A stretch of 64,000 bases of DNA from NCBI RefSeq assembly GCF_009914755.1, contig NC_060947.1; one strand, 5' to 3'. This document shows positions 28,491 to 44,505 of the stretch, piece by piece (the stretch's first letter is position 1; the number at the start of each line of letters is the position of its first letter). Under the pieces are notes generated by a model. That model saw only the letters and a list, made by a program, of their open reading frames with translations, had not been told where the DNA came from and did no database searches. Source of the stretch: the human T2T-CHM13v2.0 reference genome, Homo sapiens. The translations under genes and the position numbers were made by a program.

Positions 28491-30521
28491 CAGTTGTTTG
28501 CTCGTGCCATTATTGTGCACACAGCTCTGTGCACGTGTGTGCATATTTCTTTAGGAAAGATTCTTAGAAGTGGAATTGCTGTGTCAAAGGAGTCATTTAT
28601 TCAACAAAACACTAATGAGTGCGTCCTCGTGCTGAGCGCTGTTCTAGGTGCTGGAGCGACGTCAGGGAACAAGGCAGACAGGAGTTCCTGACCCCCGTTC
28701 TAGAGGAGGATGTTTCCAGTTGTTGGGTTTTGTTTGTTTGTTTCTTCTAGAGATGGTGGTCTTGCTCTGTCCAGGCTAGAGTGCAGTGGCATGATCATAG
28801 CTCAGTGCAGCCTTGAACTCCTGGGCTCAAGCAATCCTCCGTCCTCAGCCTCCAGAGAAGCTGTGACTACAGGCGTGCACCATCATGATCCACTAAGTTT
28901 TTTAAGGTTTTGTCAAGAAAGTCTCTCTATGTTACCCAGGCTGGACTTAAACTCCTGGGCCAAAGCAATCCTCCCACCTTGGTCTCCTAAAGTGTTGGGA
29001 TTACAGGCGTGAGCCGCAGCACCTGTCCTCCAGTTTTTATTTTGATACAGACTATACACTTCAGTCCTGGAGCAGGATTCTGTAGCAGGTGGTTGGGCAT
29101 CTTGGCCTTTGCTCTCTGAATGATTTTCGGTTTCAAGGTCTGGGACGGTCCATTTGGGTGGATGTGGGAGGAGACACAGATGAAATCGTCATCTGGGGAA
29201 CGTGGAAGAATAAGGCAGATGCGTGCAATGTAGACCCTGTGATGGACAGGGAATAGAAGAGTCCACTTAGTCTCCATGCAGGGGAGCAATTGGTGGGAAA
29301 GTCTCCTGGACAGAAGCATGAGAGCGCCCATCAAGGGTCTCACCAACCAAAGGCCTGGGGGCTGGGGTGGGGATGATGATTTGGGAATGGGACAGTTCTT
29401 TCTCACAGGTACCATTGCACGGTACAGAGGTGAAACAGTTGTGGGGAAGGGAAGGGCAGAGGGGAGTCTATTTTAGAACAAACCATTGCGTGTCAATGGA
29501 GACATCAAAGCTCCATTCACACACAATGGACTTGAAACACCAGCCCCAGGTGGAGGCAGGATTGGAGCTGTTTTGCCCGTTCGTGGCCCATCACCTTGGC
29601 CTCCTGGTTCTCCCCAGCCTTCGAAGGAGGACACTATCATCATTATGCCAATATAATAGATGAGAGACGGAGTCCCAGAGAGATGGTAGGTGTCTTGTCA
29701 GAGGTCCTACAGCTGGCAGGTGCAGGAGGGGCTGAGTTTGGAGCTCACTGACTTCAGAAACTTTAAGGAGGACAGGTGTGTGTGGTGGAGGGAGGGGGAA
29801 TTGAACAAGCCCCGGGCTCTGTCCCCAATCAAAATGTAAAGGCTGTGGGTTCATTTACCGAAGACAAGGAGCCCTAGGAGAGAGAGAGTGCAGGGAGGGA
29901 GAGGCAGTTGTGGTCACAGCAGGGACAGTGGGAGACAGAGATACGAAGGGTGGGCAGAAGAGGGGCAGGCAAAGAAGCAGGGGAGACAAAGCCACATGTG
30001 GGCTGTCACAGCCACCAGAGGGAGAGGGTGCCTGGAAGGAGATTGTGGAGCTCCAGGAGCAACAGAGGTTCCCCAGATCTGTGAGCATGCCCTGCCTGGC
30101 AGTGCAGGAAGAGATGGCTGCCACCCAGGTCAGTGTGGACGTACCTCTACCTGTGTCTCAGAGGGAACAAATTCTATTTTATCCCAATATAGTTCTGTAT
30201 TACACAAATGTAACATTCGGCTACTAGATATTGAGTGCCATGTCCTCCATGCAAATAGAGGAGAGGATACCCTAAAAGAGATACCGAAGCATTTGATTTT
30301 TCTTTCTCCCTGGGACAATGGGATCCATAAGTTGGGTCCCCCAGCCCACAAGACAGGTGCAACGTAGTGTGGCAGGAAGATTGTGAGTTATGACAGGGAA
30401 CATTTTTCCTTAGGTTACATGGGTATATAAAGCTCCGGACTATCTGTCTATCATGGATAGATAAAGAGTGAACATGGTCCCTTCTCCACAAATGTGTTTC
30501 TCTCCTTGATTATTACTGTAA

Positions 30522-30992
<471 letters not shown>

Positions 30993-31019
30993 TGATTCAG
31001 ATGTTTCTAATGAACTTTT

Positions 31020-31437
31020 TATTTTCATTATACTTTAAGTTTTAGGGTACATGTGCCCAACGTGCAGGTTTGTTACATATGTATACATGTGCCATGTTGG
31101 TGTGCTGCACCCATTAACTCGTCATTTACCATGAGGTATATCTCCTAATGCTATCCCTCCCCCCTCCCCCCACCCCACAACAGGCCCCGGTGTGTGACGT
31201 TCCCCTTCCTGTGTCCATGTGTTCTCATTGTTCAATTCCCGCCTATGAGTGACAACATGTGGTGTTTGGTTTTTTGTCCTTGCGATAGTTTGCTGAGAAT
31301 GATGGTTTCCAGCTTCATCCATGTCCCTGCAAAGGACGTGAACTCATCGTTTTTGATGGCTGCATAGTATTCCATGGTGTATATGTGCCACATTTTCTTA
31401 ATCCAGTCTATCATTGTTGGACATTTGGGTTGGTTCC
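31020..31437 (-). mobile_element. 5'-truncated young L1PA element
   Basis: L1PA 3' UTR (tatactttaagttttagggtacatgtg..) and ORF2 C-terminus. 14-bp TSD tctaatgaactttt at 31006-31019 and 31438-31451. Confidence 0.92.
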
Positions 31438-31638
31438 TCTAATGAACTTTTAAATTAACCTACATGATGTGATTATCCTAAGGCCCTTTCCAGCTCCGTG
31501 TTTTTTTTGATTCAGGGTTTGGAGATTTTCAGAGGCTTTGTTACAAAGAGAATCTCCTGGGTGGGCGGGTGGGCGCGGTGACCCACTCTGTAATATCAGC
31601 ACTTTGGGAAGCCGAGGCAGGCAGATCACTTGAGGTCA

Positions 31639-31845
<207 letters not shown>

Positions 31846-32893
31846 TCACAGAGTAAGTCTGTCTCAAAAAGCAAACAGCATCTCTTTACTACAGTGATTT
31901 GAGCTGTGGTCTTGTCTCCTCGGGTTTCTCTATCAGTCTGATCCCATCTACTCTATCTCCCAGGAATGCCTCAATATTTCTGGCGGACCACTGACACGTT
32001 TTCTTATTTTCCTCTACTGTTAAGAGTTGACCCTTGAAAACATTTTCTTCTCAGTTCAATGGAATGTTGATTGAGTGGGGCACGGGATCTGTCTGCCATC
32101 TTGCTCCAATCATCTGGTTTTAGATATTTTATGTACTTTTGTCACTATGAAAGTGTAATTTTTCTCAATTTGGTTTTCTAAATGGTTATTATCGGTATGT
32201 AGTAAACCTATCTATGATTGTATATAATATTTTGTTACCTGTCTGGGTGCAGCTTCCCCTGCATTTTGGCACAAGACTCAACTTGTTTTATTCTCCAAAG
32301 TAAATGTGACAGGCCGGGTACGGTGGCTCACGCCTGTAATCCCAGCACTTTGGGAGACTGAGGCAGGTGGAACACCTGAGGTCAGGAGTTCGAGACCAGC
32401 CTGGCCAAGATGGTGAACCCCCTTCTCTACTAAACACACAAATGAAAAAATTAGCCAGGCATTGGTGTTGCATGCCTGTAGTGCCAGCTACCAGGGCAGC
32501 TGAGGAGGGAGGATTACATAAACTCAGGAGGCAGAGATTGCAGTGAGCCGAGATCGGGCCACTGCACTCCAGCCCGGGCGACAGAGACTCTGTCTCTAAA
32601 TAAAAAAGAAAAAGAAATAAAAAGAAAATTCACTTCACAGGCAGTAGATATCCCACAGGCACGAACTCCCCTACACTTCTAGATTGCATCACCCGCCCCT
32701 TTGGCAGCTGTCTGGGAAGCCAGATCCCACACTTGGAAGTGTAGTGTTTCATACAATCCAAAAGTGGTAGCAGAGGCCAGGCGTGGTGGCTCACACCTGT
32801 AATCCCAGCACTTTGGGAGGCCAAGGCAGGCGGATCATGAGGTCAGGAGTTGGAGATCAGCCTGGCCAGAATGGAGAAACCCCGTCTCTACTA

Positions 32894-33052
<159 letters not shown>

Positions 33053-33824
33053 CTAAAAAAAAAAAAAAAAAAAAAAAGCAAAACAAACAAACAATAAAAA
33101 GTGGTAGCAGAAATCAGAAAGTCCAGATATGTAGGTAATTGGCCTGGCTGTATGGCAGCAGCCAAGGGTGAACACTAAATGCTCCCAGGCAAGTCCTAAG
33201 TTCATCAGGTAACTGGAGTACCCATCTGTGTTAGTTAATTGCCTTTATCTGAAGGAAAAATAAAACTCATGTCTCTACGACAACCAGCTGCTTACAGCTT
33301 AGAGCAAGGCATCTAGGCTAAACTCCCCTGGTGACAGGGAGACAAGGACATCATCTTCCTCAGTGTTCACATTTCGAAGAGATGGCTCCAAGGCCCTGAA
33401 GAAAGACATTTCGGGGGCAGGGCGTGGTGGCTCACGCCTGTAAGACCAACACTTTGGGAGGCTGAGGCTGGAGGATCACTTGAGGCCTGGAGTTCAAGTT
33501 CAAGACATTCCTGGGTTCTAGGATGGCCAGAGGCTTACAGATCAAAGGAAGAATTTACAAATACAAATTTTCTCAAGGAAATGCTCTAAGGAAAGTGAAA
33601 TGGAGACAGGTTTCTTCTTCCCTCTTGGCAACAGGAAAAATTCAGTTTTATGTTTAGTTACCCTTACAATTTCCCCCTTTTGTTAATTGTTTTATAGGAA
33701 CACTACAATTTTCTAATTATCTCCACTGCTGTTTCTATCTTTCTCTGCGTAGTTTACAGCCACCTAGATATCCAACAAGTCCATAGTAAGATGCAAAGCA
33801 AAGCAGTTATCAAGATTGTAATAG

Positions 33825-34025
<201 letters not shown>

Positions 34026-34795
34026 TAGCCAGGCTGGTCTTCAACTCCTCACCCTAGGTGATCCACCCACCTCGGCTTCCCAAAGTGTTAGGATTACAGA
34101 TGTGAGCCACCATGCCCTGCCTAGAAAGAATTTTTAAATTCAGTATAATACTCACCCTGTCAGGGGGTGGGGCAACCTTTAAGCACATCATACTGGTTAA
34201 TTGTGTCAAAGTCAAAATAAATTATAGAGACAAATCCCTAAATCAAATGCTGTATTTGGGAATCACAAAATTGCAATTCAGGGCATACACACAGACTAGG
34301 GTGGTCTTCAGTATGTCCAACGAGCAAACAGAAGTTGGAAGCTTTATTAGAAAGAAAAATGTTACATATTGTTTTGAAATGAGGCTCATTGGCCCTGGAG
34401 AAGCTGGTTCATTCGCACAATCAGCTTTCACATTCCCTCTTTTGATCAACATCTTTCTTTCAAAACCTCACCGATCAGCCATCTTAAAGTGAGGCTTCAT
34501 TGTCACTCCATGCCAGGATGGACCTGTGCCGGTTGTCTTTATCCCATGCCAAGGGAAAGGTAAGGGAGTCTAGATCAGGGACATGGGCCATATTTGAGCA
34601 ACAAAGAGGACAGAAGGAAAAAAAATTTCAGGCAGGTTTGCCTGGAGTTCAGCATCAAGTTCCATCTTGTTAGTCGCATCTATATTAGCAAACATCTTGA
34701 CGCACTGGGCTAACATTATTTTCTTGGGAGAACTGGCTTAACAAATATTAGGCAACAAGTATGGAGCTCAAAGATCATAATTCTAAAATAATTAG

Positions 34796-35137
<342 letters not shown>

Positions 35138-37035
35138 TAATTAGCAACAGTAGAATAAATTTAGTTTGTACAATGGTTTTGAACCAAGATCCCAAGCCTA
35201 AGGGCCACCAGCTAAACAAATCAAAAAGCTATGGGGGAATTGAATGAGACCTCTTGTAGTCTTTGAGTAGCATTTGAGGACTGGGTCGAATTAAAGCAGA
35301 GTGCCAACTCTAAAGGGACCACTAGGTGAGGTAAAGGATTTGGGCGTCGGGTTCTGTCAAGTGAAAAATGTAGACATTCAGGGGGTAAGAGTCTCATTAC
35401 GATATGAAGACTTATTCTGACGTCTTGGGAAAAGCTGTCTATAGTGTGGAAACGTCAACTTCTCATCCTGATTTGTCGTTCGAATGTCTCCGGTTATGGC
35501 ATTGGACAGTTTGGTGAACTTTTTGTGTGGTCCATACATCAGGCAGCAGACTTGTTCCTTAAAATGTATGCACTGTTATCTTACAGAACTTGTAGATCAA
35601 AAATAAAATCCTATCCCCCGCCAACCCGCAACCATTTGAATGGACTTCTTCCTCAGCCAGGGCTCTTTTAAAATTTAACCTGAGAGATGGTTTCAGGCCA
35701 TGACAGGAAGTGGGGGTCAGGCATGCCTCATTATACCTCTCTGGCATCAACATCAACACAGACTTTCAGTCTAATAAGAAACATGTTACAACCTAGTCTC
35801 TCTGAAGCCTAGTACCTGAAGGCTTCCTCTGCAAATAAGAACTTGGGTCTCCACAATCCTTTATCTTAACCCAGGCATTCCTTTCTGTTGATCCTAGGGT
35901 TTTGTTTTGAGATGGAGTCTCTCTCTGTCGCCCAGGCTGGAATGCAATGGGCGGGATCTTGGCTCACTGCAACCTTTGTCTCCCAGGTTCAAGCAATTCT
36001 TTTGCCTCCTGTAGCTGGGACCACAGGCGTGGGCCACGACACCCAGCTAATATTTTGTCCTTTTAGTAGAAAAGGGGTTTTGCCATGTCGCTCAGCCTGG
36101 TCTTGAACTCCTGGCCTCAAGTGATCTGTCCGCCTCGGCCTCCCAAGGTGCTGGGATTCCAGGCGTGAGCCAACACGCCCAGCCTACTGATTAGGTTTCT
36201 TCTTGCTTAGGAAAACTGAGCTTTGAAAGGGTAAGTTTTTAAGTCCATGTAACTTTCTGTATTGCTTTTGAAGTCTGTGGACTATCACTCTGGTTAAATG
36301 AGTGACTATTATTTCACAGTGACCCGTGATCCTGTTTTGCACAAGTGTTTTGAGCCTTTTAACATCTTTGACAAACTTCCCCAAAATGCAATTCTTTTTT
36401 AATTTATCTATTGCTGTTGAACAAACTAATCAAATTCTAATTTAAGTCTTTTTAACCTAAAATTGACTTTGAGATTTACCAGTGAGGCCCCTGGAGAGCC
36501 TCAAAGAATGTGTCTCTCATTAGGCTTATTTGATATGTCACATTATATGAAAAACAATGTCAGATAATAAAAAATACTAATTGGTGTTTACATTTATATA
36601 GATATATTATTGATGTTAATGTTCAGAAGATCATATAAAATTTACAGAGGTCTGATGGTCCTGGTGTGATGCTGTTAGTCATGATTCTGGTTGTTATCTT
36701 AAAATTCTCTCTATAATAGAAATAACTGAATTTCCTTGTCAATTATTGAACTTTCATCGGATTTTAATCGTTACTATTCTAAGCTTTATCATCTACAGTG
36801 CTGATTCTTCTCTAAAGGCATCCAGAATCAGATTCATAAAAAATATTTTAACAAGTACTGTTGAATATAGATTTGTAATAACTTTCAGATCAATGAACGA
36901 AATGAATTATTTTTGAAAACTCTAACGAAAACTGATGGGTTCATGCAACTGATTATCAAGATCAAGCAGAACAAACATTAATTATATGAGGCTAAATAAC
37001 CAATAATGTTTTTGTGACCTTTATTTAAAACTTTA

Positions 37036-37185
<150 letters not shown>

Positions 37186-37709
37186 TTATTTGTTTTTTAC
37201 CTAAATGTTTTGTTTTCCACATTTAAGAAAATTTTCTGGTGGGATGTGGTGGCTCACTTTGGAAGCCAAGGCAGGAGGATCGCTTGAGCCCAGGAGTTCC
37301 AGACCCGATTGGGCAACATGGCAAAACCCTGTCTCTACAAAAACAAAAACAAAAATAAGAAGATTAGCTGGGCATGGTGGCACGCACCTGTGGTCCCAGC
37401 TACTTGCAAGGCCGAGGTGGGAGGATCACTTGAGTCGGGACGCAGAGGTTGCAGGGAGCCGTGTTTGCACCACTGCACTCCAGCCTGGGCGACGGGGCGC
37501 AATCCTTTCTCAAAAAAATGAAAAAAAAAAGAGAAAATTTTCTCTGTTAAACTATCTATAGTTTATAATAATTTTGTGAAGTATACTTTTGTAAACTGAG
37601 ATGGAAATGTTTGCTTTTTCTTACTACTCAATTCCTCCAGAATTTGAAAACTATTTGTAAATATTCCTATGGCAATATGGTTATTTACACAGGTCCAGTA
37701 AAAACCTGC

Positions 37710-38352
37710 TCTTGGTGCCTCATTCAACTCCAACATGGCAAAAGTCTCCAGCCCTACAGAGAGTCCCTGATTGCTATTTTCCAGAAATAGGCTGGAAAGG
37801 ATGGTTACGATAGCATTCACTCCAAGATGGAGTTCCCAAGCTTCATGAATACAGAACTGGATGCCTTCATGAAGAACCAGAGGCCCCCAGTGTCTTTGAC
37901 CACATGATGAAGAAACTGGACCTCACTAGTGATGGGCAGCTGGATTTCCAAGAATGTCTGCATCTGATGGATGGCATGACTGTGGCTTACCATGACTCTT
38001 TTCTCAAGGCTGCCCATTCCAAGAAGCGGATCTGAGGATCCCCTGGGCCTGGTTTCCAAGCCACCCCCTTTCCTTCCAGCCTCACCATCACCATCTCCTC
38101 ACAGCCCACACGTACCCTGGGCCCAGCACACCCACCACCTCATGCAGGCCCTGCCTGCAGGTAGTAATAAAACCATTCCCGCCTCCGTGCCGCTCCACCG
38201 CTCCCCCTCCCCTGTCCCCTTCCTCCCCCTCCCCTCGCCCTTCTCCCCCCCTTTCCTCCCCTCCCCTCTCCTCTCCTCCGTTCCTCTTCTCTTCTCTCAA
38301 GTACACCCACCACCTCATGCAGGCCCTACCTGCAGGTAGTTATAAAACCATA
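37710..38352 (+). pseudogene. S100A11: S100A11 processed pseudogene
   Basis: ATG 37735 MAKVSSPTE, then a frameshifting deletion, SLIAIFQK*AGKDGY..SFMNTELDAFMKNQ..HMMKKLDLTSDGQLDFQE..HDSFLKA..KRI* (TGA 38033-38035). Intronless, AATAAA at 38166. The symbol is the parent gene. Confidence 0.92.
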
Positions 38353-38391
38353 CTTCTTTTCTCTTTTCCATCTTTCCTTTTTGTTTTCTTT

Positions 38392-38447
<56 letters not shown>

Positions 38448-38609
38448 CAATGGGGGTCTAGTTATGTTGCCCAGGTTGATCTTGAACTTCTGGGCTCAAG
38501 TGGCCTCCCAAAGCTCTGGGATTTTAGGTGTGAGCCATTGCACCTGACCCACCTTTTTTCTAAACACACACAAAAAAATCTGCTCTCTCTTTATAGACAG
38601 ATACAATTA

Positions 38610-38750
<141 letters not shown>

Positions 38751-39143
38751 TTATAAAGAAAAAATGTAGTAGGGCATGGTGGTGTACATGTGTAATCCTA
38801 GCTACTCAGGAGGCTGAAGCAGGAGAATTGCTTGAAACCAGGAGGTGGAGGCTGCAGCGAGCTGAGATCTCAGCAGTCTGGGTGACAGAGCAAGACTGTC
38901 TCAAAAAGAAAAAAAAATTGGTTATATTACCAAGGCTTTCATCAAAATGCATGGAATGCCTGACTTCAAGTGTTTTTAGCTTTAGAGTGGGTGAATAAAA
39001 ACGGTCACTTTCTGTCAGGCCCAGGAACCTTAAGAAGGTAGGTGAAATCTAAGGTCGGCCTTGGTTTGACTTTCTATGCTCAAGAGGTTTTTAAATCTGA
39101 GATTCCTAAGTGATCAATGTATAGAGAAAAATTATGTTGCTAA

Positions 39144-39499
<356 letters not shown>

Positions 39500-39610
39500 T
39501 GAGCCACTGCGCCTGGCCGAGTTCTTGTTATCTACATACAGACTAGACTAGATCCAACTTTTTCCCATAAAATTACTAAAAACAGAAACTGCTCTGTTCC
39601 TGAAGCCTGC

Positions 39611-40694
<1,084 letters not shown>

Positions 40695-41305
40695 TGACAA
40701 CATCCCCGGCTAATTTTTTGTATTTTTAGTAGAGGCGGGGTTTCACCGAGTTACCCAGGATGGTCTCTATCTCCTGACCTCGTGATCTGCCCACCTCAGC
40801 CTCCCAAAATGCTGGGATTACAGGCATGAACCACTGCACCTAGCCAAACTGCATACATTTTAAGGAACAAGTCTCGTGTCTGATGTATGGACCACACAAA
40901 AAGTTCACCAAACTGTCGAATGCCATAACCAGAGACATTCGAACGACAAATCAGGATGAGAAGCTGACGATTCCACATTGTAGACAGCTTTTCCCAAGAT
41001 ATCAGAATAAGTCTTCATATCATAATGAGACTCTTATCCCCTTAATGTCTACATTTTTCACTTGGCAGACCATGACTCCCAAATCCTTTGATTCACCTAG
41101 TGAATCCTTTTTATAGAGTGGTCCCTTTTATAGAGTTGGCACTCTGCTTTAATTCAACCCAGTCCTCAAATGCTACTCAAAGACTATAAGAGGTCTCATT
41201 CAATTCCCCCATAGTCTTTTGATTTGTTTAGCTGGTGGCCCTTAGGCTTGGGATCTTAGTTCAAAATCATTGTACAAACTAAATTTATTCTACTATTGCT
41301 AATTA

Positions 41306-41951
<646 letters not shown>

Positions 41952-42302
41952 TTAAGATGGCTAATCAGTGAGGTTTTCAAACAAAGATGTTGATCAAAAG
42001 AGGGAATGTGAAAGCTGATTGTGCGAATGAACCAGCTTCTCCAGGGCCAATGAGCCTCATTTCAAAACAATATGTAACATTTTTCTTTCTAATAAAATTT
42101 CCAACTTCTGTTTGTTCGTTGGACACACTGAAGACCACCCTAGTCCTTGTATATGCCCTGGATTGCAATTTTGTGATTCCCAAATACAGCATTTGATTTA
42201 GGGATTTGTCTCTATAATTTATTTTGACTTTGACACAATTAACCAGTATGATGTGTTTAAAGGTCCCGCCGCCCAAACAAGGGGAGTATTATACTGAATT
42301 TA

Positions 42303-42613
<311 letters not shown>

Positions 42614-44250
42614 CTATTATAATCCTGATAATTGCTTTGCTTTGCATCTTACTATGGACTTGTTGGATATCTAGGTGGCTGTAAACCACACAGAGAAAGA
42701 TAGAAACAGCAGTGGAGATAATTAGAAAATTGCAGTGTTCCTATAAAACAATAACAAAAGGGGGATATTGTAAGGGTAACTAAACATAAAATTGAATTTT
42801 TCCTGTTGCCAAAAGGGAAGAAGAGACCTTTCCCCATTTCACTTTCCTTAGAGCATTTTCTTGAGAAAATTTGTATTTGTAAATTCTTCCTTTGATCTGT
42901 AAGCCTCTGGCCATCCTAGAACCCAGGAATGTCTTGAACTTGAACTCCAGGCCTCAAGTGATCCTCCAGCCTCAGCCTCCCAAAGTGTTGGGATTACAGG
43001 CGTGAGCCACCACGCCCATCCCCTAGGAATGTCTTTCTTCAGGGCCTTGGAGCCATCTCTTTGAAATGTGAACATTGAGGAAGATGATGTCCTTGTCTCC
43101 CTGTCACCAGAGGAGTTTAGCCTAGGTGCCTCGCTCCAAGCTGTAAGCACCTGGTTGTCACAGAGACATGAGTTTTACTTTTCCTTCAGATAAAGGCAAT
43201 TAACTAACACAGATGGGTACTCCAGTTACTCGGTGAACTTAGGACTTGCCTGGGAGTATTCAGTTTTCACCCTTGGCTGCTGCTTTACAACTAGGCAAAG
43301 TAGCTACATACCTGGACTTTCTGACTTCTGCTACCACTTTTGTGTTTGTTTGTTTGTTTGTTTGTTTTGTTTTGTTTTTGAGATTGAGTCTCGCTCTGTC
43401 CTCCAGGCTGGAGTATAATGGTGAGATCTCAGCTCAGTGCAACCTCTGCCTCTCGAGGTCAAGCGATTCTCCCACCTCTGCCTCCGGAGTATCTGGGATT
43501 ACGGGTGCACGTCACCATGCCCAGCTAAATCTGTACTTTTAGTATAGACGGGGTTTCACCATGCTATCGAGGCTGGTCTCGAGCTCCTGACCTCACGATC
43601 TGCCTGCATCGGCCTCCCAAAGTGCTGGAATTACAGGCGTGAGCCACCACACCTGGCCTCTGCTACCACTTTTGGATTGTATGAAAAAACTACACTTCCA
43701 AGTGTGGGATCTGGCTTCCCAGACAGCTGCCAAGGGGGCAGATGATGCAATCTAGAAGTGTAGGGGAGCTCGTGCCTGTGGGATAAATTTTGACCGTTAA
43801 GAAAAGGAACCAGGAGTGAGAGCCAGGTATGTAAATTCCCTCTCCTCTCCTCTCCCCCTGCACCGTTCCAGGCATGGTTTCTCGGTATAGTCTGTCTAGA
43901 GGTGTCCGGAATGGCCCAAATTCTGTTTCCTTGGGAACCTGAGCTAAAACAATGGGCATGCAAACACTCGAAGAGAGTGCTAAGTGTTGTGGAGGACCTA
44001 GATCTGGGCAGAGGAAAATTATTGCAATAAGAAAATGGACAATTTGAGGATTTGGAATAGAGGGAAGGACTAGAAGAACCAGTAGTAGAATAGCTTAGGG
44101 GTAATAATTTTGGAGAAAAAGGCAGTTCTGGTGATTTTTGCTGTGAACTGCTCAGCTCTGTAAAATATACACTTCTTTCTTTCCATCAGTCTTCTCTATG
44201 AAATCTTCCATAAAGTATCCTTTTATAACTCTCTATTGCCTGTGAAGTGA

Positions 44251-44505
<255 letters not shown>

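Noticed and set aside
30174-30275. YPLLYLHGG resembling an alpha/beta-hydrolase motif
   Set aside because: Short motif only; the frame is stopped in two of three copies and there are no other hydrolase motifs.
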